A stretch of DNA of 64,000 nucleotides from Candidatus Nomurabacteria bacterium (GTDB lineage: Bacteria > Patescibacteriota > Minisyncoccia > Phycocordibacterales > SBAW01), in NCBI GenBank assembly GCA_943348815.1, contig CALQYT010000006.1, positions 2,501 through 66,500 of the forward strand, read 5' to 3'. Below are positions 16,355 through 31,461 of the stretch, in pieces. Under the pieces are notes generated by a model. That model had not been told where the DNA came from, did no database searches, and saw only the letters and a program-made list of their open reading frames with translations. How positions within the stretch are numbered: position 1 is the first letter of the stretch; each line of letters begins with the position of its first letter. A program made the position numbers and the translations under genes.

Positions 16355-16939
16355 TCAAATAGCGCCCAATTCCTCAAGCACGCGTTTGTAGTTGGTTATA
16401 GCCATTTGGATATCGCGCGAGCTGAGCTCCAAACTCTCGCCACTGTGCGCAATTTGGTTGCGCAGCATGTGCGCGTCCCAGGCATTGCGGAGGCTGCTAA
16501 GTTGGAGCGGATTAGCGATTTTTAACTGCTCGCCTACCGAGACACCAACATAACCGGCCGCATCAAGCGCGTCGCCCATCATGATGTCGGCCTCCAATAT
16601 TGCGCGCCGCCAGTCGCTCGGGTTTTGCGAGGTTGCGAGTGCCACAATATGTTCCCACCGGCTGCTGCCTTCTGGCTTTGCGGGCTCCTCCTCGTGTTCA
16701 TGCGCATGCTTTTCTTTGGCATGAAAGCCGGCGTGCTCGACCTGCAGCAATCTGATTTGTGCGTACACGATCAAGAGCAAAAGAATAAACGAGAGTGTCA
16801 TCCCTACAATCACAATCGTGGTCGTCGTACCCGCCACCCAGCTCGGCAACTGCGCACTGAGATGAAAGCTCGCCAAAAAGTCGTACGCGCGTACGAGCAA
16901 ATATTCTATATTGAGATAATCAACACCGTTAGAGGACAT
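16355..16939 (-). CDS. Conserved hypothetical membrane protein
   Basis: TM helix then WRRAILEAD..G..GE.LK...AW.AH..RNQIAH (RxxxxH motif). Confidence 0.75.
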   Translation of the reverse strand: MSSNGVDYLNIEYLLVRAYDFLASFHLSAQLPSWVAGTTTTIVIVGMTLSFILLLLIVYAQIRLLQVEHAGFHAKEKHAHEHEEEPAKPEGSSRWEHIVALATSQNPSDWRRAILEADIMMGDALDAAGYVGVSVGEQLKIANPLQLSSLRNAWDAHMLRNQIAHSGESLELSSRDIQMAITNYKRVLEELGAI

Positions 16940-16963
16940 TACCAACTATTCTAACGTGTTTTT

Positions 16964-18379
16964 TTATTCTAGAACGCGACCCAGGGTAAAGAGCGCGGCT
17001 TCATCCCCGTGTGCCGCGGTGAGTTGTATGCCGACCGGCAAGGTACTTCCCCCTTCTGACACTGTACCCATAGGTACCGAAATAGCCGGATTGCCGGTGA
17101 GGTTGGCCGAGACCGTAAATATGTCGGCAAGATAAGCCGAAAGAGGATCACTTTTTTCACCTATCTTCCATGCCGGAGTGGGCATCGTTGGTGTGGCAAT
17201 GGAGTCTACTTTTTGTAATGCCTCAACAAATTCCGCGCGCAAGCGTTTGCGCGCCTCGGTGGCTTTGCCGTAATACGCGTCGTAGTAACCGGCCGAGAGT
17301 ACATAGGTGCCCAGCATAATGCGGCGGCGAGTTTCGAGGCCAAAACCCTCGGCGCGGCTTTTGGCGTAATCTTCCCAGAGCGACTCGCCTTTGCGCGAGA
17401 GCCCATAGCGCACGCCGTCAAAGCGCGAGAGGTTCGTCGAGACTTCGGCAAAGTTGATGATGTAATAGGCTGCAAGCGCTGCCTTGGCGGAAGGAAATTC
17501 GATACTGCGGTCAATTACATATCCCTGGCTCTCTAGTTTTTTGAGCGACGCTTCAAACTGCGCTAGCACTTCTGGTTGTACTCCCTCAAGCAAACTCTGC
17601 GGCACCCCTATTTTGCGTTTCGGATTTCGGATTTCGGATTTCGTGCTTTCGATAGAAGTACTATCAAGCACATCTTTCCCTTTAATTGCATTAAATAAAA
17701 GCTCCGCATCAGCAACCGTTTTAGTAAGGGGGCCGATTTGGTCAAACGACGAAACCGCCGCAATAAGCCCCGAACGCGAGACCGCGCCATAGGTTGGTTT
17801 GAGCCCCACGACACCGCAAAAGCTTGCCGGGTTGCGCACCGAGCCGCCCGTATCGCTTCCGAGCGCGCCGAGTGCCAGGTTGGCCGCGACTGCTGCGGCC
17901 GAGCCACCCGAGGTGCCGCCCGCTACGCGCGACTCGTCGTGCGGATTTTTAGTAACCCCAAACGCTGAGTTTTCGGTCGAGCCACCAAGCGCAAACTCAT
18001 CCATGTTGGTGCGCCCCACAAACACTGCACCCGCCGTTTTAAGTTTAGTAATCGCGGTGGCGTCATAGGTCGCAACATAGTGCTCGAGCATTTTTGATGC
18101 CGCACTCACTTTTTTACCCGCAATTAAAATATTATCTTTTATCGCAAGCGGGATGCCGAGCAACGGGTGCACCTCGGCTGCCTCGGCACCTGCGCGGCGA
18201 AGATCCGCCGCTTCGGCTTGAGCGCGCACATCATCAAACACTTCTAAATACGCATTAAGCGTCGGATTCTTTTTTTGTGATTCAGCAACACAAGCTTCTG
18301 CAAGTTCTACCGCAGAAATTTCTTTAGCCGCAAGTTTTTTAGACGCTTCGGTTATCGAGAGCGTAGGGAGATCACTCAT
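16964..18379 (-). CDS. gatA: Asp/Glu-tRNA amidotransferase subunit A
   Basis: Amidase signature GGTSGGSAAAV, GSDTGGSVR.PA; NLSRFDGVRYG; RRIMLGTYVLSAGYYDAYY. Confidence 0.97.
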   Translation of the reverse strand: MSDLPTLSITEASKKLAAKEISAVELAEACVAESQKKNPTLNAYLEVFDDVRAQAEAADLRRAGAEAAEVHPLLGIPLAIKDNILIAGKKVSAASKMLEHYVATYDATAITKLKTAGAVFVGRTNMDEFALGGSTENSAFGVTKNPHDESRVAGGTSGGSAAAVAANLALGALGSDTGGSVRNPASFCGVVGLKPTYGAVSRSGLIAAVSSFDQIGPLTKTVADAELLFNAIKGKDVLDSTSIESTKSEIRNPKRKIGVPQSLLEGVQPEVLAQFEASLKKLESQGYVIDRSIEFPSAKAALAAYYIINFAEVSTNLSRFDGVRYGLSRKGESLWEDYAKSRAEGFGLETRRRIMLGTYVLSAGYYDAYYGKATEARKRLRAEFVEALQKVDSIATPTMPTPAWKIGEKSDPLSAYLADIFTVSANLTGNPAISVPMGTVSEGGSTLPVGIQLTAAHGDEAALFTLGRVLE

Positions 18380-18674
18380 CTTTTTGGATTATTTTGCGCA
18401 CCACGTTGTAATCGCCCTCGCGTTTAGGAAATGCGGCGAGCAGCTCGTCGCGTTTGCCGAGCGGCGTGTTTGGTACATCCTCCCGCATCACATTGTGCAA
18501 GGGTTTAAGGTCCGACCTTGAAGAGTCCTGAGTTGAGGTCGGACCTTGGGTCGAAACTTGCCCCACATAGTCAAGAATAGTAGAGATGTCTTTTTGAAAG
18601 CTCTCAACCTCTCCCTCTTGCAGTTGCAGCCGGGCAAGCTCTGCGAGCGCTCGAACCTCTTCCTTAGAAATCAT
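18372..18674 (-). CDS. gatC: Asp/Glu-tRNA amidotransferase subunit C
   Basis: ISKEEVRALAELARL...ILDYV...NVMRED; immediately upstream of gatA. Confidence 0.92.
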   Translation of the reverse strand: MISKEEVRALAELARLQLQEGEVESFQKDISTILDYVGQVSTQGPTSTQDSSRSDLKPLHNVMREDVPNTPLGKRDELLAAFPKREGDYNVVRKIIQKDE

Positions 18675-18688
18675 GTAGCAATAGTACC

Positions 18689-21280
<2,592 letters not shown>

Positions 21281-21290
<10 letters not shown>

Positions 21291-21880
21291 CTAAATATAT
21301 TTTCGAGCACCGTAATAGAGTGTGTAACGGTTGGATTGTCACTCCACGATACCGTGACCGTCACCACCGCTTCGTCTGGCGAAGGGCCGCTTGGGTTTGG
21401 GTCGTTAACTACTTTCACCGTGCGGATAAACTGCTGCGGCGTGTCGATAAGGTTGAGGTTGTTCACGTCCGCATTGTAATTAAAATAGCCGTTGGCGGTG
21501 TCATATCTCATCACCGGGCAGGTGCCACCACAAGATTGCGGACTGGTGGGGTTGCTCGCGAGCGAATCGAGATAACAGGTAGCACTTCCATCGGTGCTCA
21601 CACAGTTGGGCAGACCTGAAAGCCAAGTACCGGATGGACACTCGCTCCCACCGGCCGCTAAACAGGCGCTGTCACGCAAGAAGCGCACCTGCTCCATGGC
21701 ATCTTGTGCGAGATAAAATGCGGTAAATTGGTTTTTAGCTATCAAGGTTGAGGTGAGTCCTTTAGAGGCAATCGTGAGCGGTCCCGCAATAGCGGTCGCG
21801 AGCAGCAACACCGCGAGCAGGGTCTCTATCAAAGTAAACCCGCGAGATGTTTGGATTTTTTTAATTATTTTATTGATCAT
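21281..21880 (-). CDS. Minor type IV pilin (PilV-like)
   Basis: RGFTLIETLLAV class III signal; probable start MINKII. Confidence 0.85.
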
Positions 21881-22454
21881 ACAGTCGTTGGGTAACCGAG
21901 GTTTGCAAGTTAAAGGTCGAGGTTTGGGTGGCACTGACCGTAACGGTCCCCGAGATGAGGATAGTTACTTTGGGTTGGATGCTGGTCACCTCCGCACCGG
22001 TGACATAAAATTGCAACGACTGGATAGTAACCTCCTTCGCCGTTATTTCCGAGAAGCTTGCGCCCGCACAGCTGGTGGGGAGCGACGCGGGAGCAGTAAT
22101 AGCGCGCATGATCTGTCCACCGGCAAGGCAATATTCGACTCCCGTGACGCCGTCCGCAGAAAGAAAGGCAAACGAAGAAGCGGGGGGTGGGGATGGAGAA
22201 ATACCCGTGCAGTCACGCGAAGCGCTTGGTGCACTACCGAGCGTAATATCACAGTGATAGTTTTGTCCGGTGCGCATCGAACGCGACATCGCATCGAGAG
22301 AGAAGTTGAGGTTATTGATGACTGACTTAAGCGTTTGCGCGCGCCGGTCGCTCTCCGACATCGACAACAAAGAACCGAGCGCTATGGTCATCACCACCGC
22401 AAAAATCGCGACCGAGACCAGCATTTCGATAAGGGTAAATCCGCGTGGTTTCAT
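21870..22454 (-). CDS. Minor type IV pilin (PilW-like)
   Basis: RGFTLIEMLVSVAIF. Confidence 0.85.
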   Translation of the reverse strand: MKPRGFTLIEMLVSVAIFAVVMTIALGSLLSMSESDRRAQTLKSVINNLNFSLDAMSRSMRTGQNYHCDITLGSAPSASRDCTGISPSPPPASSFAFLSADGVTGVEYCLAGGQIMRAITAPASLPTSCAGASFSEITAKEVTIQSLQFYVTGAEVTSIQPKVTILISGTVTVSATQTSTFNLQTSVTQRLYDQ

Positions 22455-22456
22455 AG

Positions 22457-23143
22457 TTAGCAACTAACTGGCAGCGTGACGATGTCGGTGCCGGGCGCAC
22501 ATACCGCAATTTGTCCGGTTGAAGATATCTTGATACTGCGGGTGTCCTGATTGCCGTTTGATTTTAGTTGAATGTACGCAGCCGAGTACGCCGCCGTTGT
22601 GCCCGAGGCACAGGCACCCGAGGCTTGATTGGTGGCAAAGCACGCATCGGGGTTAGGTCGGCGGAAGTAGATGGTAAGGGTGTCGATGAGGGTCGCAGTG
22701 CCCGCGGTACACTCTTGTGAAGCTCCGCCGACGCGCGTCGCACAGAACTTTGAGAGCACGTAGCCGTTGCCAAGGGTAAAGACCGTCGGAATAGGCGGGC
22801 CTTCGCTAGCGCTGTCGTACGCGCCATTGCCGTTGAGGTCAGGAAATAAATAATACTGGGTAATAGTCCCCGACGGCAGGTAGATGCCGTAGCCGGAAGA
22901 AAACACGCCGCTCCCCGGCGTACTCTCGCGCACCGAGACGCCAAACACTTGTGCTTGACGCACCGAGAGCGCCAGGCTGTAGGTTAGCGAGCGCAGCAGC
23001 GTTGAACTATTAAATTTTGCTTGTTGAAAAAGAATAAATAGCGAAACGATAAGAACGATGGCGGAGACCACGACGAGCTCGATCAGCGTAAAGGCCTTGG
23101 GGTTAGAGAAAGAGTGACGCCACCGTTTGGAAGAAATCAACAT
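22457..23143 (-). CDS. Minor type IV pilin (FimT/GspH-like)
   Basis: KAFTLIELVVV; exact start uncertain. Confidence 0.8.
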   Translation of the reverse strand: MLISSKRWRHSFSNPKAFTLIELVVVSAIVLIVSLFILFQQAKFNSSTLLRSLTYSLALSVRQAQVFGVSVRESTPGSGVFSSGYGIYLPSGTITQYYLFPDLNGNGAYDSASEGPPIPTVFTLGNGYVLSKFCATRVGGASQECTAGTATLIDTLTIYFRRPNPDACFATNQASGACASGTTAAYSAAYIQLKSNGNQDTRSIKISSTGQIAVCAPGTDIVTLPVSC

Positions 23144-23864
23144 GGAGAAAATAAGCGCACCCGGCGCCCAGGATAAGAAAGGGCGCAAAGGGAACTTCGC
23201 TATTCATTGTATATCGTTTAGAGAGCAGTATCGCACCAATGCCCACAAGCGCACCCGCCCAAAACGCAAGGACAAACGCCGTACCTCCTGCGGAGAGTCC
23301 GAGTAACCATCCAAGCGATATCTCTAACAACCCGTCTCCCCATCCCATCCAACGACCTTTCGAGATAAGCGAGATAAGCAGTAGCGGCGCCGCAAGGAAC
23401 AGACCAGCAGCAAGGTTCCACCCTCCCCACCCGGCCAAGTACCAATGCGCGAGTGAAAGTACGGCAACAAGCGCGAGAGCACTCCAAGGGATGATGAAGT
23501 GCCTAAAGTCGTACACGACAATAAACAATAGGGTGAGCCACAAACAAAAATCTATACCAAAGAAAATCCACGACGGCGTTTGCAGGTACACGCCGAGCCC
23601 TAAAAGCGCCGCAGCGGCCTCAACCAGTGGGTACTGCCAAGAAACTTTCGAAAAGCAGTACCGGCAGCGGCCCTTCAGCCATGCGTACGAAAAGAGCGGC
23701 ACCAGGTCGAGCACACCGAGCCTATGCCCGCAGTGCATACAGCACGAGCGCCCGGAGAGTGCCGAGCGCCCGGTATTATAGCGGTACAAAATAGCGTTAA
23801 GAAAGCTCCCCAGAATCAGACTAAACAGAGTGACCGCAACTCCCGTCACAAACCCCACCTCCAT
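23103..23864 (-). CDS. pilD: Prepilin peptidase
   Basis: GSFLNA..YR, CxxC...CxxC, MGWGD, VPFAPFL. Confidence 0.93.
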   Translation of the reverse strand: MEVGFVTGVAVTLFSLILGSFLNAILYRYNTGRSALSGRSCCMHCGHRLGVLDLVPLFSYAWLKGRCRYCFSKVSWQYPLVEAAAALLGLGVYLQTPSWIFFGIDFCLWLTLLFIVVYDFRHFIIPWSALALVAVLSLAHWYLAGWGGWNLAAGLFLAAPLLLISLISKGRWMGWGDGLLEISLGWLLGLSAGGTAFVLAFWAGALVGIGAILLSKRYTMNSEVPFAPFLILGAGCAYFLHVDFFQTVASLFL

Positions 23865-24472
23865 TAGGGCGTCAGATCGTAACAACCGTCGGGAGTTGCG
23901 GCGGAAGTGCCGGTGCAACCACCGGCATTGCCGTCGAACGACGCGGGGCTCGGGCTCGTGGTACAACGATAGAAAGTGATTGAGGTGTAGACGTTAGAGA
24001 GCGAGGAATTGCCGTCGATGTCTTGGCTAAGTGCGGAGCTAGAAGTGTCTTCAAATCCTGCACCAATGTGGTAGATGATCGGGAGATTGCTAGAAGAGTT
24101 GCTGCAAATACCCGAAGAGGAAGTGGTATAGGGTGTATAGCGGTAACAACCGGTACCAGAACTGTTGGCGGTTGCGGCTGAACAGCTACCCGTGCCGCCT
24201 TGCGGGTCGATGGGTACGACGGGCAAATAGGTGGGGGCGAGACCACCACCGGGCGCTGCGCCGGACGCAGCGTAGATGTTAAGCGGATACATGCCGTTGT
24301 CGTTGTAGTATTGCGAGAGTGCAAGCTGGATGAGCTTAACATCCGCAACGCGCTTAGAGTCGCGCGACTTTTGTTTAGAACTTGCAATCGAAACGCTAAT
24401 AATGCTGGTGAGGACCGCAATGATAGCGATGACTACCATCAGTTCAATAAGGGTAAACCCGCGGGTACGCAT
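23864..24472 (-). CDS. Type IV pilin / GspG-like protein
   Basis: RGFTLIELMVVIAII, KSRD.KR.AD...IQ.AL..YY.D.G.YP, P.DP. Confidence 0.9.
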   Translation of the reverse strand: MRTRGFTLIELMVVIAIIAVLTSIISVSIASSKQKSRDSKRVADVKLIQLALSQYYNDNGMYPLNIYAASGAAPGGGLAPTYLPVVPIDPQGGTGSCSAATANSSGTGCYRYTPYTTSSSGICSNSSSNLPIIYHIGAGFEDTSSSALSQDIDGNSSLSNVYTSITFYRCTTSPSPASFDGNAGGCTGTSAATPDGCYDLTP

Positions 24473-24492
24473 AGGTTTATAATACTACAGAG

Positions 24493-25059
24493 TTAGGGGC
24501 ACTTTGTTTTGCCCGCCGAATTGTTAAGGGTGTTGAAATAGAAACTGAAGCTCGCGGACTCGGAGTTACCACTATTGTCGACACACCATACTTTGGTCGG
24601 ATCGCTTTTGAGCGGTACGGCGACTAGCCAATACACGGCCGTGTTCGCGCCCGCCGGCGACCAAACACACAATATCGCGTTGGTGGTTGCTCCCACAAAG
24701 TTACTCGCAGGCGTACCTGCGTTTTTGGAGGCGCCGATAAGTGCTTGTTGGATGATCGGATCACCCCACATCCCCTGGTCGGCGGTGATACCGCCACCGC
24801 AGGCTGAACCCGCTGCGGCAACGGTTGCATTATCCGGACTGTTGGGCACACTCATACCAGGGTTATAAGAGTCCCCGTGGGTGCTTGCGTACACTTCTGC
24901 CTGAGCGCGGATGGTGTCGAGGTTACCCTGGACACTCGCGCCGGAACCCTGTTTGCGGGCATTCCCGAGTGATATCAATACCACCGCCGCCAAAATACCA
25001 ATGACCGCAATCACGACGAGGATCTCGATGAGGGAAAACCCTCGCGGTTGTGAACTCAT
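24493..25059 (-). CDS. Type IV pilin
   Basis: RGFSLIEILVVIAVIGILAAVV, C-terminal WCVDNSG. Confidence 0.9.
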   Translation of the reverse strand: MSSQPRGFSLIEILVVIAVIGILAAVVLISLGNARKQGSGASVQGNLDTIRAQAEVYASTHGDSYNPGMSVPNSPDNATVAAAGSACGGGITADQGMWGDPIIQQALIGASKNAGTPASNFVGATTNAILCVWSPAGANTAVYWLVAVPLKSDPTKVWCVDNSGNSESASFSFYFNTLNNSAGKTKCP

Positions 25060-25083
25060 GACTCAAGTATAGCAACACAAAAA

Positions 25084-25118
25084 CAAAATCCCCACCCAAT
25101 AAGGAGTGGGGACTTTGT
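25084..25118 (-). terminator. Terminator after the probable major pilin
   Basis: Hairpin caaaatccccac...gtggggactttg with a T-run on the minus strand. Confidence 0.65.
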
Positions 25119-25134
25119 ATTTAACACAATGCTC

Positions 25135-25620
25135 CTATTGGCAAGCACTGATTGAGGTGACAGAAGAAGGAATGGCGCCGGTGCCAGTCTTGCTTCCACC
25201 TGATGAATCTACGCAGAAGTAACCACCACTCTTAAGAGGGGCGTAGACGGAATAGCCACTCGAGACGGTCGAAGAGGCAGCAGCTGCAGCAGATGAGAAG
25301 ATGCTCAGTGTGCCACCTGACTGACTATTGATATCGGCCGTGACTGCCTTGAAGTTCGCGCTGTCCGTGGTAAAGGTCGTTTGTGCGGCACTGGCTGACA
25401 CGATCGTGCCGGTATTCCCGAGCTCGGCATACGTGGTGGCGGAAGCCGACGTCTCGATGCCTGTACGGACTTGGTTTGCCTCCTCTTGTATACGCGCGTC
25501 AGAGCCCTTGCTGCGTGCATTGCCCAAGGAGACGAGCACAATGGCCGCCAAAATGCCGATGATGGCAATGACGACGAGGAGCTCGATAAGGGTGAAGCCC
25601 TTGTTAATAACTTTTCGCAT
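25135..25620 (-). CDS. Type IV pilin, probable major pilin
   Basis: [29 protein letters not shown]; has its own TATAAT promoter (~25699-25704) and a terminator. Confidence 0.9.
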   Translation of the reverse strand: MRKVINKGFTLIELLVVIAIIGILAAIVLVSLGNARSKGSDARIQEEANQVRTGIETSASATTYAELGNTGTIVSASAAQTTFTTDSANFKAVTADINSQSGGTLSIFSSAAAAASSTVSSGYSVYAPLKSGGYFCVDSSGGSKTGTGAIPSSVTSISACQ

Positions 25621-25747
25621 AGATAATTCTAGAATCTTCTAATTAATAAATAACGCGTATAAATGGCCTGCAACGTAAAGTCGTTAGGCTCCCCTATTAT
25701 AGCGACTCTCCGGCATGCTACGAACTACCCTGTGGATAGTGGCGGTA

Positions 25748-26968
25748 TTACAACGACGAAGCCGAGTTGTAGATAGGCAGAAGTACCGCCGAGAGGAGAA
25801 AGCCAACTCCAAGGGCCAACGCCACAATAAGCACCGGCTCAATCAGGGAAACAAGAGTGTCGACAGCCGAGTTGACTTCGCGGCTATAAAACTTAGCCAA
25901 ACGATCGAGTATGTTGCCCATTTCGCCGGTTTCCTCGCCGATTTGGAGCATTTGGACAAAGATCCCCGGCATCTGCCCCGGGCTATAGCGCGCCAACACT
26001 TGGGAAAGGGGGGCGCCACCTTTGACTCCCTCTATGGCCTCTCGAAGTATTGCCTCATAAATGTCGTCCTCTACCACATTGGCCGTAATTTCGAGCGCAC
26101 GAACCGCGGAGATGCCAGAGGTGAGCATGACGTTCATGTTGTCGGCAATGCGTGAGAGATAGAGTTTTTGGTACAGTGATCCGACATAGGGTATCGAGAA
26201 TTTAAAATGCGACCAGGCAATACGTCCGGCAGGCGTTTGTATATAACGAAACATAAAGTACCCGCCAATAATGAGCGCAATGAGGAGAAAGATGCCGTAA
26301 TTCGTTAGGAAGCGGCTGAAACCGAGAATGACTTCGGTAAAGAATGGTAATTTTTGGCCGGAGTCGGTCAAGATAGCGCCGATTTTTGGGATAACAAGCG
26401 TGAGCATCAACGTCATCACCGCGATAAAGGTCACGACAATAAACGCCGGGTAGATGAGCGCGTTTTTAGCTTTGGCCCCTAGTTCGTAGCTGCGGTCAAT
26501 GTAATCGGCAAGAAAGAGAAAGGTTTGGTCGAGCTTGCCGGACTCCTCGCCTGCACGCACCATGTTGACGTAAAAGTCTGAAAATACTTTAGGGTGTTTC
26601 TCCAGCGACTTGCTGATCGAGTTGCCACCTTGGAGGTCGTCGCTGATAGTCGCGAGCACTTGGCGGATAAACGGTTTTTCGGCCTGCTCGGCCAACAGTC
26701 TAAAGACCCGCAGTGCCGAGACTTGCGCTTCAAACAGCGTGGCTATTTGGCGCGAGAGGATAACCAGGTCGCGGCTGGAGACTCCACCAAAAATGGTGAT
26801 CTCCTGCATCTGCTGCCACGTCGACTTGTTGCCGCCACCGGTAATCGAGGTGATCGTGAGCCCCTTGCGCTGCAGTATGCCAATAGCGGCATCTTGACCG
26901 CCGGCACTCAGCGTACCGCTCGTTGCTTTGCCGTTGCTATCGAGTGCTTCGTACTTAAAATCAGCCAT
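25748..26968 (-). CDS. pilC: Type IV pilus platform protein PilC (T2SS F family)
   Basis: HPKVF...YVNMVRAGEESGKL, ALIYP, GEETG, LIEP. Confidence 0.95.
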   Translation of the reverse strand: MADFKYEALDSNGKATSGTLSAGGQDAAIGILQRKGLTITSITGGGNKSTWQQMQEITIFGGVSSRDLVILSRQIATLFEAQVSALRVFRLLAEQAEKPFIRQVLATISDDLQGGNSISKSLEKHPKVFSDFYVNMVRAGEESGKLDQTFLFLADYIDRSYELGAKAKNALIYPAFIVVTFIAVMTLMLTLVIPKIGAILTDSGQKLPFFTEVILGFSRFLTNYGIFLLIALIIGGYFMFRYIQTPAGRIAWSHFKFSIPYVGSLYQKLYLSRIADNMNVMLTSGISAVRALEITANVVEDDIYEAILREAIEGVKGGAPLSQVLARYSPGQMPGIFVQMLQIGEETGEMGNILDRLAKFYSREVNSAVDTLVSLIEPVLIVALALGVGFLLSAVLLPIYNSASSL

Positions 26969-26971
26969 ATA

Positions 26972-28033
26972 TTACAGGAGGCGTTCGAGTGTTTTGGGCG
27001 AAATAGAGCGCGAGTACGCAGACTCGACGGTGATTTGGCCAGAACGGACCAATTCCGCCAACGAGCGGTTCATGTCGATCATCCCCTCTTCGATACCCGT
27101 CTCAATTAAAGTTTGGATCTCGTGCGTGCGCTTTTCGCGGATCAAGTTTGCAACGGCGGTGTTGTTGATAAGCAATTCATAGGCTGGGATAAGACCGCCC
27201 GAGATGCGCGGCACCAACCGCTGGCTAAAAATACCCGCCATCGAGCTGGCCAACTGAATACGGATCTGATCTTGCTGCCCCGCGGGGAACACATCGATAA
27301 TGCGGTCGATGGTTTGCACCGCATTGTTGGTGTGCAAGGTCGAGAGCACCAAGTGGCCGGTCTCGGCGGCCGTAACGGCCGTTGCAATAGTATCCGGCGT
27401 GCGCATCTCGCCGATCATCACCACATCGACATCTTGCCGGAAGAGGCTGTCGAGCGCCGTTTGAAAGTCGTGTGTGTCGACGCGCACTTCGCGTTGATCA
27501 ATAAGTGAACGCTTATTTTCAAATAAATATTCAATAGGATCTTCGATCGTCACAATATGTTCGGTGCGCTCTTGGTTTATTTTTTCGATCAGAGCGGCAA
27601 GCGTGGTCGTTTTGCCCTGCCCTACCGGCCCCACCACCAAAAAGAATCCTTGTTCGCGCGTAGAAAACTGTTCTATCGACGGCGGCAGGTTAAGCTCGGC
27701 AAGCGTGCGGATCACGCGCGGGATAAGGCGCAGCGCAATGCCAATACGCCCGCGTTCAAAGTAACCATTACCCCTAAAGCGCGCTTTCTCGCCGTAGGCA
27801 TACGAAAAGTCGACTTCCTGCGTCTCCAAAAAACTTTTTTTGCGCTCGGGAGTCATAAGGGCATCTAAAAAGCCCAACAGGTCTTCTTTGGTGAGTATAG
27901 GTTGGGAGATGGGCGTCATCGCGCCCGAAACACGGATGATGGGTACAGAACCCTGCCCCAAGTGCAAGTCGGATGCTCCTTGGGCGATCGTACTATCGAT
28001 GAGCTCCTGTAATTTTGTGTTGTTCGTAGGCAT
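26972..28033 (-). CDS. pilT: Type IV pilus retraction ATPase
   Basis: ASDLHL, GPVGQGKTT, TIEDPIEY, GEMR, AETGHLVLSTLHTN, ANLIRE. Confidence 0.95.
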   Translation of the reverse strand: MPTNNTKLQELIDSTIAQGASDLHLGQGSVPIIRVSGAMTPISQPILTKEDLLGFLDALMTPERKKSFLETQEVDFSYAYGEKARFRGNGYFERGRIGIALRLIPRVIRTLAELNLPPSIEQFSTREQGFFLVVGPVGQGKTTTLAALIEKINQERTEHIVTIEDPIEYLFENKRSLIDQREVRVDTHDFQTALDSLFRQDVDVVMIGEMRTPDTIATAVTAAETGHLVLSTLHTNNAVQTIDRIIDVFPAGQQDQIRIQLASSMAGIFSQRLVPRISGGLIPAYELLINNTAVANLIREKRTHEIQTLIETGIEEGMIDMNRSLAELVRSGQITVESAYSRSISPKTLERLL

Positions 28034-28035
28034 AG

Positions 28036-29904
<1,869 letters not shown>

Positions 29905-29914
29905 GGTTCATAGT

Positions 29915-30208
29915 TTATTTCCCCACTGGCGCAAAAGGATTGCGGCGGCCCGCCTGTTGGGGCGGAATGCTCACCCCAAAGTCGGTAAGCGACATAAACA
30001 CCGGGTCCTTAAAGATTCCCGGGTCGAGCTTAATCGTGTGTAGTTGACCCAACGTGCTCAGAATTTGTTGCGACATGGGCGAAGTTGCCCCACTCGTTGA
30101 GATAGTAGCGGAGGAGCCCGCCGAACCCCACACCCACCACCCTAGCCCGGCAACTATTGCAGCCACGAGTGCACCCATAAGCAATTTATTTTGTAAGAGA
30201 CTTTGCAT
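29915..30208 (-). CDS. Small pilus-associated membrane protein
   Basis: N-terminal TM helix, C-terminal GRRNPFAP; lies between pilO and pilB (PilP position). Confidence 0.7.
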   Translation of the reverse strand: MQSLLQNKLLMGALVAAIVAGLGWWVWGSAGSSATISTSGATSPMSQQILSTLGQLHTIKLDPGIFKDPVFMSLTDFGVSIPPQQAGRRNPFAPVGK

Positions 30209-30234
30209 ATTACGTGTAGTGAGTCATAGCGAAT

Positions 30235-30798
30235 CTAATGGAGCCAATACGTACGGATATTAAAGGAAACGTCATAGAGCGGAGACTTAGTATCAAGAGG
30301 CTTGAAGGTTATTTTTTGGACGTTAACCAACCGAAGACTGTGTTCGATATCTTGCAAAAAGGCTAGGAAATCATCATAACTTGCGGTCACTGAAAATGAG
30401 ATGTCTGCCGAGCCAACCGGGTCGCCGGAAGAGCCAACCGCAAGCGCGCCCCGGGCCCCTTTAGAGTCAGACACACTCCCGAGCGATACATTTTTAAGCG
30501 TGAGGTTGCGGCGCGCGGCAATATTTTGGATGTCGATGGTAAAGCGGATGTTGTCGATGTTGTCGGGGAGTATACGCTCAAGCTTCTGCAAGTCGTCAGG
30601 AGAAAAGGTGTTGCGTTTTGAAAGAAGTTGGTCGCGCGAACTTTTAAGCTGCGCCGCATTGTCGAGCGCACCATCAAACGATGCGATTTGCGCTTGCATG
30701 TCTTTAATGCCGCCCGGACCCTGGTAGGCGTTATTGGTGTAGAGCACAAAGAGCCCGATGGCGGCTGCAACAAGAATGATGGGTAGGAAGAGTCTCAT
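30235..30798 (-). CDS. pilO: PilO-like pilus assembly protein
   Basis: N-terminal TM helix, coiled coil, ILPD, SYDDFLAFLQDIEHSLRLV. Confidence 0.8.
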   Translation of the reverse strand: MRLFLPIILVAAAIGLFVLYTNNAYQGPGGIKDMQAQIASFDGALDNAAQLKSSRDQLLSKRNTFSPDDLQKLERILPDNIDNIRFTIDIQNIAARRNLTLKNVSLGSVSDSKGARGALAVGSSGDPVGSADISFSVTASYDDFLAFLQDIEHSLRLVNVQKITFKPLDTKSPLYDVSFNIRTYWLH

Positions 30799-30800
30799 GG

Positions 30801-31412
30801 TTAGGGGGTAGTCGAGCTGGCGCTTTGCGCGGCTTGTTGCGAGAGGTTGCGGCTATACAAGAGGAGCGATGGGTCGACCGTTGCTCCGACGTTGAAGGTT
30901 ATCTTGCCCAGATCGCCCACCGAAATGCCCGAGAATATTACGTCTTTAAGGACCTTGCTCCCGCCAAACTGGTCGGACTGCAGGGCGACGGACGAAAAAC
31001 TGTCGGCGCTGCCCAACAGCGAGATACTTGCCGAACCGTCTTGCGTAAGCGAATATTCAAAACTCGAAAACTGCACACTCTGGAGAGTGATAGTAGAGAG
31101 GAAGTAAAAGATAGCCGAGGGACTGATGTGTTTTTGCAAAAGCGAACGCGCTTGAGTAATGCGGCTGTCGGTGCGCACCAGGTCCTGGATCGCGCTGGCG
31201 TCAAAGGCTCCCTCAGCGCGGCGCAGCGAGGTATCTTTGTCGTTAATTTGTTTGGAGAGTAATTGTTGATATCCGAACGCCGCCCCTGCGGCCGCAAGAG
31301 AAATAACAAAAATAACTAGTGCCAAAAGCAGGATAAGACTCATGCCTCCCCCGCGCGCTTGTGCGGCAAGCGCTTGTTTGGGAATAAAAGAGCCTTGGAC
31401 GTTGGGATCCAT
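30801..31412 (-). CDS. PilN-like pilus assembly protein
   Basis: SFIPK, TM helix, coiled coil; position upstream of pilO. Confidence 0.75.
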   Translation of the reverse strand: MDPNVQGSFIPKQALAAQARGGGMSLILLLALVIFVISLAAAGAAFGYQQLLSKQINDKDTSLRRAEGAFDASAIQDLVRTDSRITQARSLLQKHISPSAIFYFLSTITLQSVQFSSFEYSLTQDGSASISLLGSADSFSSVALQSDQFGGSKVLKDVIFSGISVGDLGKITFNVGATVDPSLLLYSRNLSQQAAQSASSTTP

Positions 31413-31461
31413 TCTCCTCTAGTATAAGTGCAAATTTAACGCAAGCGTCGTTATATCAACA

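Noticed and set aside
14432-16525. ORFs 14432-14638, 15349-15711, 16181-16525 and the N-terminal extension of 14706-15479
   Set aside because: They overlap tRNA genes or the tRNA-associated element.
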